From positions 7,316,001 through 7,380,000 of the forward strand of contig NC_135910.1 of assembly GCF_964194155.1 (NCBI RefSeq): 64,000 bases of DNA, written 5' to 3'. Numbering within the stretch: the first letter of the stretch is position 1; the number at the start of each line of letters is the position of its first letter. Below the pieces are notes generated by a model, which saw only the letters and a program-made list of their open reading frames with translations, searched no databases and was not told the DNA's origin. Of this stretch, positions 11,896-25,344 are shown in pieces. The DNA is from Cetorhinus maximus. Its lineage: Eukaryota. The position numbers were made by a program, and so were the translations under genes.

Positions 11896-13489
11896 ACGCT
11901 CAAGCGCCGACGGGTGGAAGTTTGGCCAGGTACAGCCTCAGGCCTGGTTTCGTTGGCATGCCACAGTGAATTAGCCTGGCAACATGCCCTCCCCCAACTA
12001 CCCCTCCCCCATACAGAGTGGCAGTGGGGGCCAGGCACTGGGTGAATGGAACTCTACACCAGCAAAGAAGTAACACTTTCCAGACAGGGAGGCGAATAGC
12101 AATAAGTCAAATAGACTGGCTTGACAGGATCTAATTACACAAATGATTTCCAAAACAAAGCAGTCAGCCACTCAGGCTGCAATGCTCCACTCTGCATCAC
12201 ATCTCAGCTTTTGCTTCACTCCAGACTAAGCCCTCCTGCAACACTCCCTGCAACCAAACCTGCAAACTCCCCTGCTCCGTGTGGTCCAGAGCGAAGTGAG
12301 TTAAGATGAGACTCACTCAACGGGTCCCTCCTGCTCCTGTCCCGGCGTGGCACCTGGGCTCGAGTTATCTACGTGACAGGTCACCAGCTCAGTCAGGCAA
12401 GACTTGCGTAGCTGTGATGTCAGTGGCCAGTCTCCCGAGCCCACTCGCTGCTCAGAGTCTGTTAATTGTTTTTCCTGCTCATAGACCCCGGGGGGTGTCA
12501 CCAAGCGGTGGTTAACACCGTAGTCCTGAGAGCACACTTTAATCTCTGCTGTAACACGAGCCCATTAAAAGAACAGGAGGTAATCCAAAAGTACAGGAAG
12601 GCTTAGAGAAGCTATCAGCCTTTTCATTGACAGACTAATAGGCTCACCCCTCTCTCGCCCTCTCGTAAAAACCCAAGGGGTGTGTGGTGAGGAGGTGATC
12701 TTGAACCGCTTTCAGAACCACAACAACATCAGCTTGCATTGATATAGCGCCTTTAACGTAAGCGAACGCCCAGAGAGCACTTCACAGGGCAGGCAGCGGA
12801 CAGAAACTTGACGCTGACCCACGTAGGGAGATGTCAGGCCAAGAGCTCAGAGAACGAGGGAGGTTATGAGGCGCATCATAAAGGAGGAGAGCGTGGTGGA
12901 GTGGCGGAGAGGTTTGGGGAGGGGATTGCAAAGCTTGGGGCACGGCCGCAGACATGCCAGCTCTGGCAGGCTGATTGCAAGAGGCTCAATTTCTCAGTCA
13001 AATTCACCCTCGCTTGGGATTTGGTGAGAGGGAGCTGAAAATTCAGGCTTATTAACAGGTTTTTTCCCCCCCTGCACAGGCGAAGTCAAACTGTCACGTT
13101 CAGCAGAAGCCTAAACTCCAGACAGCCAATTGAAGAGAAGGTCGTAAATGTGTCCTGGCAAAGCACATTGTTTTGTTGAAACAAAAACAGAAAATGCTGG
13201 AAAAAAACTCAGCAGGTCTAGCAGCCTCTGTGGAGAGAGAAACAGGGGTAATGTTTCGAGTCCGTACGACCCTCCTTCAGATCCTGGAGCCTGAGTGGAG
13301 CTGCTTTTCACGGAGATTCCCATCTCGTCTTCATGCTCCTTGTGCCTTCCTGCGATGGCAGGAATTCTTCCGGAATTTTCCAAGTGATGCCAGGAAGATT
13401 CAGCCTCCCTCTTGTGAAACAGGTCAGTAAACGGACACTGACTCTCACTCAGAGAGTTAGGTCCTCACTTTCCTCTGTTTGTTTCTTTT

Positions 13490-14715
13490 ATTCTTTTCAT
13501 GGGATGTGGGCGTCGCTGGCTGGGCCAGCATGTATTGCCCATCCCTGATTGCCCCTTGAGAAGGTGGTGGTGAGCTGCCTTTTTGAGCCGCTGCAGTCCA
13601 TGTGGTGTAGGTACATCCACAGTGCTGTTAGGAAGAGAGTTCCAGGATTTTGACCCAGCGACAGTGAAGGAACGGTCGATATATTTCCAAGTCAGGATGG
13701 TGAGTGACTTGGAGGGGAGAAGTGAGTGAAGTTGTAAGGTGATGAATGGGGTGCCAATAAAGCTGTGTCCTGGATGGTGTTGAGCTTCTCGAGTGTTGTG
13801 GGAGCTGCACTCATCCAGGCAAGTGGGGAGTATTCCATCACACTCCTGACTTGCACCTTGTAGATGGTTGACAGGCTTTGGGGAGTCAGGAGGTGAGTTA
13901 TTCAGCGCAGGATTCCTAGTCTCCGATCTGCTCTTGTAGCCACAGTGTTTATATGATTAGTCCAGTTCAGTTTCTGGTTAATAGTAACCCCCTAGGTTGT
14001 TGATGGTGGAGTATTCAGCGATGGTAATACCATTGAACATCAAGGGGCGATGGTTAGATTCTCTCTTGATGGGAATGACTATTGCCTGGCACTTAAGTGG
14101 CAAGTAACATTTGTGCCACACATCAGCCCAAGCCTGGATATTGTCCAGGTCTTGCTGCATTTGGACATGGACTGCTTCAGTAGCTGAGGAGTCGCGAATT
14201 GTGTTGAACATTGTGCAATCATCAGCGAACATCCCCACTTCTGACCTTATGATGGAAGGAAGGTCATTGATGAGGCAGCTGAAGATGGTTGGGCCTAGGA
14301 CACTACCCTGAGGAACTTCTGCAGTGATGTCCTGGGACTGAGATGATTGACCTCCAACAACTACAACCACCTTCCTTTGTGCTAGTAATGACTCCAACCA
14401 GTGGAGAGTTTCCCCCTGATTCCCATTGACTCCAGTTTTGCTAGGGCCCCTTGATGCCACACTCAGTTAAGGCAGGGCAGTCACTCTCACCTCGCCGCTG
14501 GAATTTAGTGCTTTTGTCCATGTTTGGACTAAGGCTGAAATAAGGTCAGGAACCAAGTGGCCCTGGCAGAATGCAAACTGAGCATGGGAGAGCAGGTTAA
14601 TGCTGGGTAAGTGCCGCTTAATAGCACTGCCGACGACATCTTCCCTCACTCTGCTGATGATCTGGAATAGACTGATGGGGCGGTATTTGGCAGGTTTGGG
14701 TTTGTCCTGCTTTTA
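13490..14715 (-). mobile_element. CR1-clade LINE fragment (same family as 657-2062)
   Basis: ORF 13978-14460 contains VPQGSVLGP, INDLP and MFADD; the 3' tail lies at 13490-13620. Confidence 0.9.
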
Positions 14716-15059
14716 TTCAGCTCTCAGAATGTTGGGTGTTAGTTTTGACTCAGCAGCTCACTACAAGCAACACATCACAGCAAGATTCTTTGGTCATCTA
14801 ACTTGAGGGCTCCTTTCCTCTCCAGCACTCTCTCCTTCCTCTGGGCCGAAGCCTTTATCCAAACTTACCAATACCCAAGCTCTACGTCTTCATCTATATT
14901 GTCTGGGCTCCTTCTCTGTCGAGCCCCTGGTTCGCACTGTGGACATTGCTCCTTCCCCAGTATGTCTCAAAGCTGTGGGTAAAGCAATCACTCACTCTTT
15001 GCGTCCACAGCAACTGCGGAGAAAAGAGTTTGTTCCTGTGTAACTTGTATAGTTATAGT

Positions 15060-15690
15060 CACAGTGTCATAGTGGTACAGAAGGGGGACACTGAGCCCAT
15101 ATCTGTGTAGGGCAATCCAGTCAGTCTCATGCCCCACTCTATCCCCTTATCCCTGTTTATTCCCCTAAGTTCCCATCCAATTTCCCTTTGAAATCACTGA
15201 TCATCCCACTTTCACCACCCTGGTAGGTTGCAAATTGCAGGTCATTGCCACTCACTGTAGTTCTTCTTCATATCCTCCCTGTATCTCTTGCCCAAAGCCT
15301 TAAATTTGTGTCCTCTAGTCCTTGTACCATCAGCCAATGGGAACAGCTTTTCTTTGTCCACCTTATCTTAACCTGTCATAATCTTGTACACCGCTATCAG
15401 ATCTCCCATCGATCTCCTCTGCTCCAAGGAGAACAACCCCAGCTTCTCCGACCTAACCTTGTGGCTAAAATCCCTCATCCCTGGAGCCATTCTGGTAAAT
15501 CCCCTCTGCACCCTCTCTAAAGCCCTCACATCCTAAAGTGTGGACATAATACTCCAGTTGTGGCCTTACCAGAGCTTTATAAAGGTTCAGCAAAACTTCC
15601 CGGCTTTTGTTCTCCACGCGTCTATTTATGAAGCCCAAGATCACATATGTGTGGCTAACCATTCTCTCAATATATCTTGCCATCTTCAAA
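15060..15690 (-). mobile_element. CR1 (HER1-like) 3' fragment
   Basis: ILGFINR..ENKSREVLLNLYKALVRPQLEY. Confidence 0.85.
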
Positions 15691-15949
15691 CTTGAAAAAG
15701 AGCAAGTTGCCATTGGGCGAAGTGAAGGAGAAACCTGGACAGCAATGATCATACCTAGATAAGAGTTAGGATTTTATTTATAAAGCATTTTCAGATGTAG
15801 TTCTTGAGAAGAGCTTTGAGCTGTTAGTGGTTAAATAAGCCACTAGTGAGATTTACGAACCAACCATCAATCTATATTGGTTTACGGTTAAAATAAAAGA
15901 AACTCATGATTTTTATAACAAATCTCTTGAGTTTTAAAGAGTTATCTTT

Positions 15950-16325
15950 TTGATCCATTCACAGGACACGAGTGTCACTGGCAAGGCCAGCATGTGTTGC
16001 CCATCCTGAGTAGGCCTTGAACTGAGTGGCTCGCTAGGCCATTTCAGGGGGCGGGCAAGAGTCAACCACACGGCTGTGGGTCTGGAGTCACTTGTGGGCC
16101 AAGCTAGGTAAGGACGGCAGATTTCCCTCCCTAAAGGGCACCAGTGAACCGGATGGGTTTCTACGACAATCGATAATAGTTGTCAGGGTCACCATCACTG
16201 AGACTAGTTTTCAATTCCGGATTCATTAAGTGAGTTTAAATTCCACCAGCTGGGATTTAAACCTGTGTCCCTCAGAGCAATAGCCTGGGTTACTAGCCCA
16301 GTGACATTACCACCATCTGCCCCCA
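15950..16325 (-). mobile_element. tRNA-derived SINE with CR1-like tail
   Basis: Reverse complement of the 10017-10385 family. Confidence 0.8.
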
Positions 16326-18067
16326 TCTCAAGATTCGTGAGGCAGTGTGGCTGGCATCTCTGTGGCCACCAATGCCAGGGGGAAGGAATTTAGGGATGCG
16401 CAAGAGGTCAGAATTGAAGTGAAACTGGTTAAGTGTTCAATATATGGTCCAGGACACTTCCGTTCTTCATCAAAATAGCACCATAGCATCTTTTACACAA
16501 AGCTGAGGGGACGGAAGCAGCCTTGGCTTAACATTTTACCTGAAAGCTGCACCTCCAACTGTGCAGCACCCCCTCAGTACCGTGCTGCAGCATCAGCCTG
16601 GATTTTCTTGGCCAAGTCTTTGGCGTGAGAATTCTGCTTCTGTCTTGACCATAATTATCCCGCCAGCAACACCTTAAACAGAATCTCTAATTGTTTATTC
16701 CATTGTTGTTTGTGGGAGCTTGCTGTGCGCCAGTTGGCTGCCACACTTCCCACTCGACAATAGTGACCACACTTCAGGAGTACTTAGTTGGCTTTAAAGG
16801 GGGCAGGGAGGATTCCTGGGGCTGCAAAAGGCATAAAACAAATACAAGTCTCCCTTTAAGAACAGGTTAAGTGGATGGGTGACGGAAATTGGGATGAAAG
16901 AATTTGAGGATGGGGGTAGAGCATATTCGGCAAAAGCAAAATAGTGCGGATGCTGGAAATCTGAAATAAGAACGGAAAATGCTGGAAAAGCTCAGCGGGT
17001 CTGGCAGCATCTGTGGAGAGAGAGACAGAGTTAAGGTTTTGAGTCTGTGTGACTCTCCTTCAGAGCACGTTCGATTAGGTATATTCGTTGGAGGGTAAAT
17101 ACCAAGACCAGGGTGGGCCAGACGACCTGTTTCTGTGTTAGCATTTCCCTGTGTTTCTGGAGTGCTAATAGACCAGGCGAGGCCCTGCTCTGCAGTACGT
17201 CATGTCAAATTTCTTCAGACCTTGCTGTAAACATTAAATGCGACGCCACGTCCTAGCTAAGACTGCCTGCACAACAGCTGCCTGACCTGGCACTGCTGCA
17301 GCTGTAAACAGGCTGGAGAGATTTTCACAGCTGGTTCAAATCAGGGCAGCCCCAGTGTAAATGGCAGAGGGACTCACGTCCCCTGATTGATACGAGCTCA
17401 GCACAGAAGCCCCACTTCCTCATGTTCCAAAAAAAAAGTGGCTGTGAAGTCTGCTCGGGTAAAATGTTGGGAGGCTGCTCCCCCTCTGTCCCACTGATAG
17501 GCAAGTGCACACCTCAGCCAGGTAACAGACCCTCCGCCGCAAAGCAGGCTGAGCCAAAGATAAATACTAAGCACAAGCGATTAACAAATACCATCCCGAT
17601 TCCGCCTCCCAGTTGCAAAGGGCGGATGTGTCAGGAAAGGGCCAACAGGCTGCGGCTCCCTTCTCACGAAGAGGGAAGTGTAGCCGCCGAGGGATGGGTC
17701 TAACAGAGGTCGTTACAATTACGAAAGGTTTTTTGGTAGCGCGGACGCAGGGAGAGTGCGTCCGCTTCCCGGGAAGAGCGGAATCAGGAACTTTCAATGT
17801 TAAGATTTTGGAAATCCAATGAGGAATTCAGAAGGTGGTGAGAATGTGGAACTTGCTGCCTCAGGGAGTGGTTGCAGCAAGTAGTATAGATGCATTTGAG
17901 GGGAGGCTGGACAAGCAGAGGATGGAGATGAGAATTGAGGGTTACGATGAGCTTTAGATGGGAGGAGGCTTGACTGGAGCATAAACAACAGCATGGACTA
18001 GTTGGGCCGAATGGCCTGTTTCTCTGCTGGAAACCCGATGTAATCCTATGAAACATGACATTGCAAC

Positions 18068-18420
18068 AAGATGGTGCTGTAGTGGCAACGTCACTGGCCT
18101 AGAGGAGGCCCAGGCTAATGCTCCAGGGCCAGGGGTTCAAATCCCACCACAGCAGCTGGTGGAATTTAAATTCAATTAATAAATCTGGAATTGAAAACTA
18201 GTCTCAGTAATGGTGACCTGTTGTAAAAACCCACCTGGTTCACTAATGTCCTTTAGGGAGGGAAATCTGCCCTCCTTACCCGGTCTGGCCTACACGTGAC
18301 TCCAGGCCCACAGCAATGCGGTTGACTCTTAAAAATGCCCTCTGAACAAGGGCAATTAGGGATGGGCAATAAATGCTGGCCTAGCCAGCGATGCCCACGT
18401 CCCATGAATGAATAAAAAAA
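18068..18420 (+). mobile_element. tRNA-derived SINE with CR1-like tail
   Basis: Head ggtgctgtagtgg...ggggttcaaatccc; tail gggcaattagggatgggcaataaatgctggcc...atgaatgaataaaaaa. Confidence 0.85.
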
Positions 18421-21010
18421 CATTTGATACCAAGTCAGAGAGGAGACATCAGGACAGATGACCAAAAGCTTGGTCAGAGAGATAGGTTTTAAGGAACATC
18501 TTAAAGGAGGAGAGAAGCATAAAGGTTTATGGAGGGAATTCCAGAGCTTTGGGCCTAGGCAGCTGAAGGCACTACTACCAATGGTGGACCAATTAAAATC
18601 AAGGATGTCCAAGCAGCCAGAATCAGAGGAGCTCTGATCTTGCAAAAAGGTTATAGGGCTTCAGGAGATGACAGAAGGGAAGGATGAGGCCATAGAGCAA
18701 TTTGAAAACAAGGATGAGAATTTTAAAATTGAGACATTGCTTAATTGGGAGTCAATGTCAGCACGCACGAGGGGGTGGCGGCTAAACTGGCGCAAACTGG
18801 AAGACGGGGCAGCGTTGGAATAGTCGAGTCTGGAGGTAACAGAGGCAGGAATGAGGGTTTCAACCGCAGATGAGCTGAGACAAGGGTGATGTGCCCTTAG
18901 CGATGCCACAGATATGTGATTGGATGCTCATCGTAGAGTCAAATAAGATGCCAAGGTTGCAGACAATCTGGGTCAGGCGGGAAGGTGGAGTTGGTGGTTA
19001 TGGAATGGAGATTGTTGTAGGAACCCGAAGAAAATGTCTTTAATCTTCCCAATGTTTAGTTGGAAGACATTTCTGTTCATCCAGTACTGGATGTCAGACC
19101 GCTCAAGCCTGCTCCGCCATTCAATAAGATCATGGCTGATCTCACTGTGGCCTCAACACCACAATCCAGCCTGCCTCAGATAACCTTTGACTCCCTTGTC
19201 AAAAATCTATCTCCCTCTGCCTTAAAAGTACTCAATGAACCTGCCTCTGTTGGTCTCTGGGGAAAAGAGTTCCACAGGCACATGGCCCTCAGAGAAAAAA
19301 ATTCTCCTCATCTCTGTCTTAACTGGGAGACCCCTTGGGGTGGAATTTGACAGCCCATCCTGCCAAAGTCAATGGACTTTTGAACAACTCGCCGCATTTT
19401 ACTGCCCCACCCCAACCGTGTAAAATTTTGCCTCTTATCTTTAAGCTGTGTCCCCTAGTTCTGGTCTCTCCCACAAGGGGAAACATTCACCTTGTCAAGT
19501 CCCCTCAGAATCGTAGATGTTTCAGTGAGATCACCTCTCATTCTTCTCAATGCCAATGGATACAGGCCCCAGCCCGTCCAACCTTTCCTCGTAAGGTAAC
19601 CCCCCCACCCCGCCACCCCATCCCAGGCATCAGTCAATGGACAGGTTTAAGAAGATAGTTTCCAGTAGAGAAAAGGAGTCTGGGTTTATCTTTGCAGTCC
19701 AGGATGGTGTTCTACGTGATCAGTCAAATCTGGCAGTGAAATGGCGAAACCAGTGCCCATCAATCCATTGGAGTCCGTGTCCCATGAACTTAAGGGAGCG
19801 GAGGTGAGGGCTGTGCCAGGTGAATGGCCAAATGAGACAAGTAATGGTTTTAGTGGGGACGAGGGCATCAAAGGCAAAAGTAAGGGTGTGATTAAGCAGA
19901 CCAGTAGCTCCAGGAATTCTGTGGTGAATAGAGGGCAGGAGGTTTGACATTTGGGATTTAGAAAGTGTAAGCCCAGAAGGAAGAAAAATTTCAGACCAGT
20001 ATTCTTATTCCCCAGTTTTTATTGGTGTTCCATTTTAAGGTATATAAGGCCAGTTCGGACCAGAATTCCTATTTCCCAGTTTTTACTGTCTTTTCCTTCT
20101 GGGAGTGAAATAAGTGAGAGTATTTTTCAGGCACCGACACAGGAAGTAGGATTGGGAGGGGGATGGAGGCAGAGAGCAATACAAGAAAGTGACCAGAGAT
20201 GACCTTTTCTGGCATCACTAAGACTGAGACGGCGGGAGTAGTGAAGCCTCGTGAGGTGGTAAGGTCAAGGGGCTTATATGAGGTTAAGGAGTTAGATGTA
20301 AGGATAGATTAAGCGAGGATATGGCATCCAGGGCAAAGCAGCCCGCTTGATTGGCATCATAGCCACAAACAATCACTCCCTCCACCACTGACGCACAGTA
20401 GCAGCAGTGTGTGTACCATCTACAAGATGCACTGAAGGAATTCACCAAGGATCTTTCGACAGCACCTTCCAAACCCACAACCACTACCATCTAGAAGGAC
20501 AAGGGCAGCAGACAGATGGGAACACCAACACCTGGAAGTTCCCCTCCAAGTCACTCCCATCCTGACTTGGAAATATATCGCCGTTCCTTCACTGTCACTG
20601 GGTCAAAATCCTGGAACTCCCTCCCTAACAGCACTGTGGGTGTACCTACACCACATGGACTGCAGCGGTTCAAGGGGGCAGCTCACCACCACCTTCTCAA
20701 GGGCAACTAGGGATGGGCAATAAACGCTGGCCTAGACAGGGAAGCCCACATCCCGTGAATGAATTAAAACAAAAGGATAGGAGAGCAGGGAACTTAAGAG
20801 GAGATAGAGGTTAAAATCACCGGGGACGGGATGTGGCGAGAGGCTGAGGGAGGAAAGAAGTGGAGCTTCTTCAGTGAGAAGAAATTTATGGTATTTAGGT
20901 GGATGGGAGAGAACAATGAGGAACGAGAGAGGTGGAACAAGGTGAGATGCTCAAAGGAGGAGAAAGTGTTCAGGAGGAAAGGGGGCAGACCAAGGAGGGG
21001 TTTGTCTGCT
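18421..21010 (-). mobile_element. Decayed L2-clade LINE pieces, interrupted by CR1 fragments (19100-19640 on -, 20330-20765 on +)
   Basis: AVETLIPASVTSRLDYSN (L2 C-terminus), FDALVPTK, and endonuclease-like SSFEHL...PPK...GDFN on the minus strand. Confidence 0.7.
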
Positions 21011-21169
21011 TAAAATGGGAAAAGCATCATTTATTGGCATGTGACAGAACTGAGTCGAGCAAACTGAGTGAACCAATCAGAAGCAAAGAATTTTTAAGCC
21101 TCAATTTTCCGCAGGGTGGAATCCAATAATTTAAATTAATGATCAGAAAAATGGAAGTTTTAACTGTCA

Positions 21170-21960
21170 GGCTCGGTATGAAGGACTCTCATTATGTTCC
21201 ACAGGTAGGCCGATGACTTTAGGTTCGACCTTAATACAACCTCTCTTGACCCCTCCATCGTCCCCGATTTGTCAGGCTGCTTATCTGACATCCGGGACTG
21301 GATGAGCAGGAACTTCCTCCAGTTAAATATCAGGAAGACCGAAGCCATTGTCTTCAGTCCTTGTTACAAACTCCGTTCCCAAGCTCCTTTTCCCTGGCAA
21401 GAGGCGGAAGTTGAGCCAGGCCATTAGCAACTTTGGTGCTGTGCTTGACCCCGAGGTGACCTCTCGATCACATATCCACAATGGTCACGACTGCCCACTT
21501 CCACTTTCGTAACTGGGAACTGACTTCAGCTCATCTGCTGCTGAAACCCTCCTCCATGCCTTTGTCACCATCTAGACTTCACTATTCCAATGATAACCTG
21601 GTCGATCGCCTACCCTCCCTCTACCCTACGTAAACCCGTGCTCATATCGTAACTCGAACCTAGTCCTGATCTCCCATCACCCTGTGCTCACTGACCTACA
21701 CCGGCTCCCAGTTCAACTCAGGCCTCAATTCTGAAATCCTCACCATTGTTTTCCAATCCCTCCATGGCGCCTGCCATCCCCCAGCCTTTGAGATCTCTGC
21801 CCTCCTCCAATTCTGACCTCGGGCACATGCTCAAACTTAATCCGTTGGCGGCTATGCTTCCAGCAGCCTGGGCCCTAAGCTCCCCTGCCCCCCCACCCCC
21901 CCCCTCCAACTTCCCCCACCACCAGACCTTTCCTCCTCTGTCTCCTCCTCTTACCTCATA
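21170..21960 (+). mobile_element. L2-clade LINE 3' fragment; its tail resumes at ~24050-24150 after the CR1 insertion
   Basis: WMSRNFLQLNIRKTE, AAETLLHAFV..RL.YSN and gggccctaagctc tail motifs. Confidence 0.75.
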
Positions 21961-21963
21961 GGC

Positions 21964-24040
21964 TCATAGATGTTCACAGCATAGAAGGAGGCCATTCGGC
22001 CCATCGTGTCCACGCCGGTCAACAAAGATCTGACTACACTCATCCCATTTTCCAGCACTTGGCCCATAGCCCTGGAGTCTATGGCAACACAAGTGAATAT
22101 CTAAATACTTCTTAAATGTTACAAGGGTTTCTGACTCAACCACCCTTCGAGGCAGTGAGTTCCAGACTCCCACCACCCTCTGGGTGAAAATATTTCTCAA
22201 CCTCCCTCTTAGCCTTCTACCTTGTACTTTAAATCTATGTCCCCTTGTTATTGACCCTTCTACTAATGGAAAAAGTGCCTTCTTATCCACCCTATCTATG
22301 CCCTTCATAATCTTATACACCTCTATCAGGTCCCCTCTCAACCTTCGCTGCTCCAAGGAAAACAACCCCAGCCTATCCAATCTTTCCTCCTAGCTCAGAC
22401 CCTCCAGCCCAGGCAGCATCCTGGTAAATCTCCTCTGCACCCTCTCCAGTGCATTCACACCCTTCCTATAATGTGGTGACCAGAACTACACGCAGTACTC
22501 CAGCTGTGGTCTAACCAGCGTTTTATACAGTTCCAGCATAACCTCCCTGCTCTTGTATTCCAAGCCTTGGCTAATGAAGGCAAGTATCCCATATGCCTTT
22601 TTAACCACCTTATCTACCTGCCCTGCTACCTTCAGGGATCTGTGGATATGAACACCAAGGTCTTCAGTACTTTCCAGGGTCTTACCATTCATAGTGTAGT
22701 CCCTTGCCTTGTTAGCCCTCCCCAAGTGCATTACTTCACACTTTTCCGGGTTGAATTCCATTTGCCACTGCTCTGCCCACCTGAGCAGTCCATTGATATC
22801 CTTCTGCAGTTTACGGCTATCCTCCTCACTATTTACCATCCTACCAATTTTCGTGTCATCCACGCGCTTCTTGATCATAACCCCTACATTTAAGTCCAAA
22901 TCACTTATGTACACCACAAACAGCAAGGGCCCCAGCACTGAGCCCTGTGGAACCCCACTGGAAACAGACTCCCAGTCACAGAAACATCCCTCTACCATCA
23001 CCCTCTGCTTCCTGACTCTCAGCCAATTTTGGATCCAATGTGCCACTTTGCCTTGGGTTCCATGGACTCTTACTTTCTTGACCAGTCTGCCATGAGGGAC
23101 CTTATCAAAAGCCTTACTAAGGTCCATGTAGACCACATCAAATGCATTATTCTCATCAACACTCCTGGTTACTTCCTCAAAAAATTTGATCAAATTTGTC
23201 AAACATGACCTTCCCTTAACAAATCCATGCTGATTAATACGTGTCTCTCTGCAGATATATTCTGTCCCTCAGAATTCTTTCTAGTAACTTCCCCACCACC
23301 AAGATTAAACTGACCGGCCTGTAATTTCCTGGTCTATCCCTTCCTCCCTTTTTTAATAATGGGACAAAGTTAACAGCCCCCCAGTCCTCTGGCACCTCAC
23401 CTGTGGACAGACAGGATTTGAAAATTACCACAAGGGCCCCTGATATCTCAATAGCCTGGGATACATCTCATCCAGGCCTGTGGATTTATCCACTTTTAGT
23501 ACCTACGCTTTAGTATCACGCTAGTACCTCCTCTCTCTCTACGTTAATTTCCTCTAATATTTCACAGTCCTCCACTCTGATGCCTATATCTGCGTGGTCC
23601 TTTTCCATTGTGAATACCGACGCAAAGTATTTTTTGAGGACTGTACCCATGTCTTCCGGGTCTACACACAGATTACCTCGATGGTCCCTAATTGGCCCTA
23701 GTCTTTCCCTAGTTATTCTATTGCTCTTTATATATTTAAAAAACCCCTTTGTGTTTTCCTTTATTCTGCCCACCAATGCTTTCTCATGCACTCTCTTAGC
23801 TTTCCTAATTTCTCTTTTACGTTCCCCCTCTGCACTGTTTATGCACCTCCAGGGACTCTGCCCCATTGAGCCCTCGGTATCTGCCACAAGCTTCTCTTTT
23901 TTTTCTTAATCCTAACCTTTATGTCCCTTGACATCCAGGGTTCTCCAGACCTGGTCCCCCACCTTTACGGTCTTTACGGGAACATATTTGCCCCATTGCT
24001 CTTGCTACCCTCTCCTCGAAAGCCTCCCGCTCCTTGGCCA
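21964..24040 (-). mobile_element. Relatively young CR1 (HER1-like) LINE, ~2 kb 5'-truncated ORF2
   Basis: Long ORFs: PGNYRPVSL, VYMDLSKAFDKVPH, SGVPQGSVLGP, DDTK, YKTLVRPQLEYC, LGLFSLEQRRLRGDLIEVYK; tail gatgggccgaatggcctcc. Confidence 0.95.
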
Positions 24041-24724
24041 AGGTTTACCCTCTCCAATTAGCCCCTTGTGTGGCTCGGTGCCAAATTTGGTTTGCTTAGC
24101 CTCTCGCGAGGTGCCTGGCGACATTTTACTGGGTGAAGTCTAAATGCACGCGGCTGCTGCTGCTGTTGCTGGTGTTCCGATCTCCTTCTCTGTGCAGGGC
24201 ACCGACTTCACAGAGTGTGTGACTTAGCTGCAGCCAAGCTGTTCCTGTTCGGAGAGTTGCAGCCACAGTCTGCACTGACATGACAAACAAGTTCAATCGT
24301 ATTGCAGCACCCTGGCTCTGCCTGGGTTCTTGCCAAAACTGCAGAGTGGGCTGCGGGCGGAGCCCACGGAGTGTAGGAGGAGCTCATTTGTTTATTGTCA
24401 GTGTAGGGTGCAACCACAGAACTTGTCTTATGATTAAAAGCCTGAGGTAAGCCTTTGGCTGAGCAGATATTCGTGTTTTCTCTGAACATTTTTTCCCCTT
24501 GACACCTCTTCATCTACTATTGCTGTGGGTGATCGTTATTTCCTTTGTGCTCCTCCCTGCTAAATCGCACCTCTTCACAGACTCTAAACGCGCTGGATGA
24601 GCAGTGATTAGCGCCGATACAAGTGCCGTTAAAATGAGACACAGGCTGCTTTCCAGTGTGCGGCCAATTTGGCCACAGTCGGAACTCCATGGAAGCCCTT
24701 CAGCATTCCTCATCTATCACAGGG

Positions 24725-24890
24725 AGAGCTCACCCACCCCAGAATCCCTGACTCATTCCAGAGCCTCTGGCCCACTCCAGAATCCCTCACCCGCTCCAGA
24801 ACATCTGGCCCACCCCAGAACATCTGGCCCGCTCCAGAACCACTGACCCTCCCCAGAATGCCCGGCCCACTCCAGAATCCCACACCCCTG
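24725..24890. repeat. Degenerate ~19-bp minisatellite (cccRctccagaaYNNctgg)
   Basis: About 8 imperfect units visible. Confidence 0.75.
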
Positions 24891-25344
24891 AGGAAAATCG
24901 TGTGCACATGTATGCCTCTGTGATGCCTCCAAAGTCGAACAACCCATCAGCACTCAGGCTGTATGTCTGCATGGGAGAAGAGTTAATCAGTGGAGTTCAT
25001 GGAGGCCAGGTACCCATCATTCTCACTCCAGCACGAAGCTGGGAGACAGGCAAAGCAATAATGTCAGCAAACTCACCAGCCAGCTTGCGCACAGTAAGAT
25101 CCCGCAACCAGCCAATGAGATGTAACGCCAGTGTTTTTAAGGGTGCTGGTTGAGGAAGGAACGTTGGCCAGGACACAGGGGAACTCGTCTTCAGAACAGT
25201 GCCCTGGGATCTTTGCAATCGCTTAAATTGGCAGGTAAGTTCTCAGTTTAACATGCCATTCGAGGGATGGGGCATGCGAAAATGCAACGCCCCCTCAGGA
25301 CGGCATCAAATGGCCATCTCGCTCACACGCCTTCCAGAAGGGCT

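Noticed and set aside
12311-12537. Minus-strand ORF ending at a phase-2 GA|GTGAGT donor, compatible with the RASGRP4 exon-1 phase
   Set aside because: No ATG, no convincing in-phase acceptor and no homology; such hexamers are expected several times by chance in 40 kb.
14863-14970. Perfect minus-strand G|GTAAGT donor with a short open frame
   Set aside because: No in-frame start or acceptor and no recognisable protein similarity.
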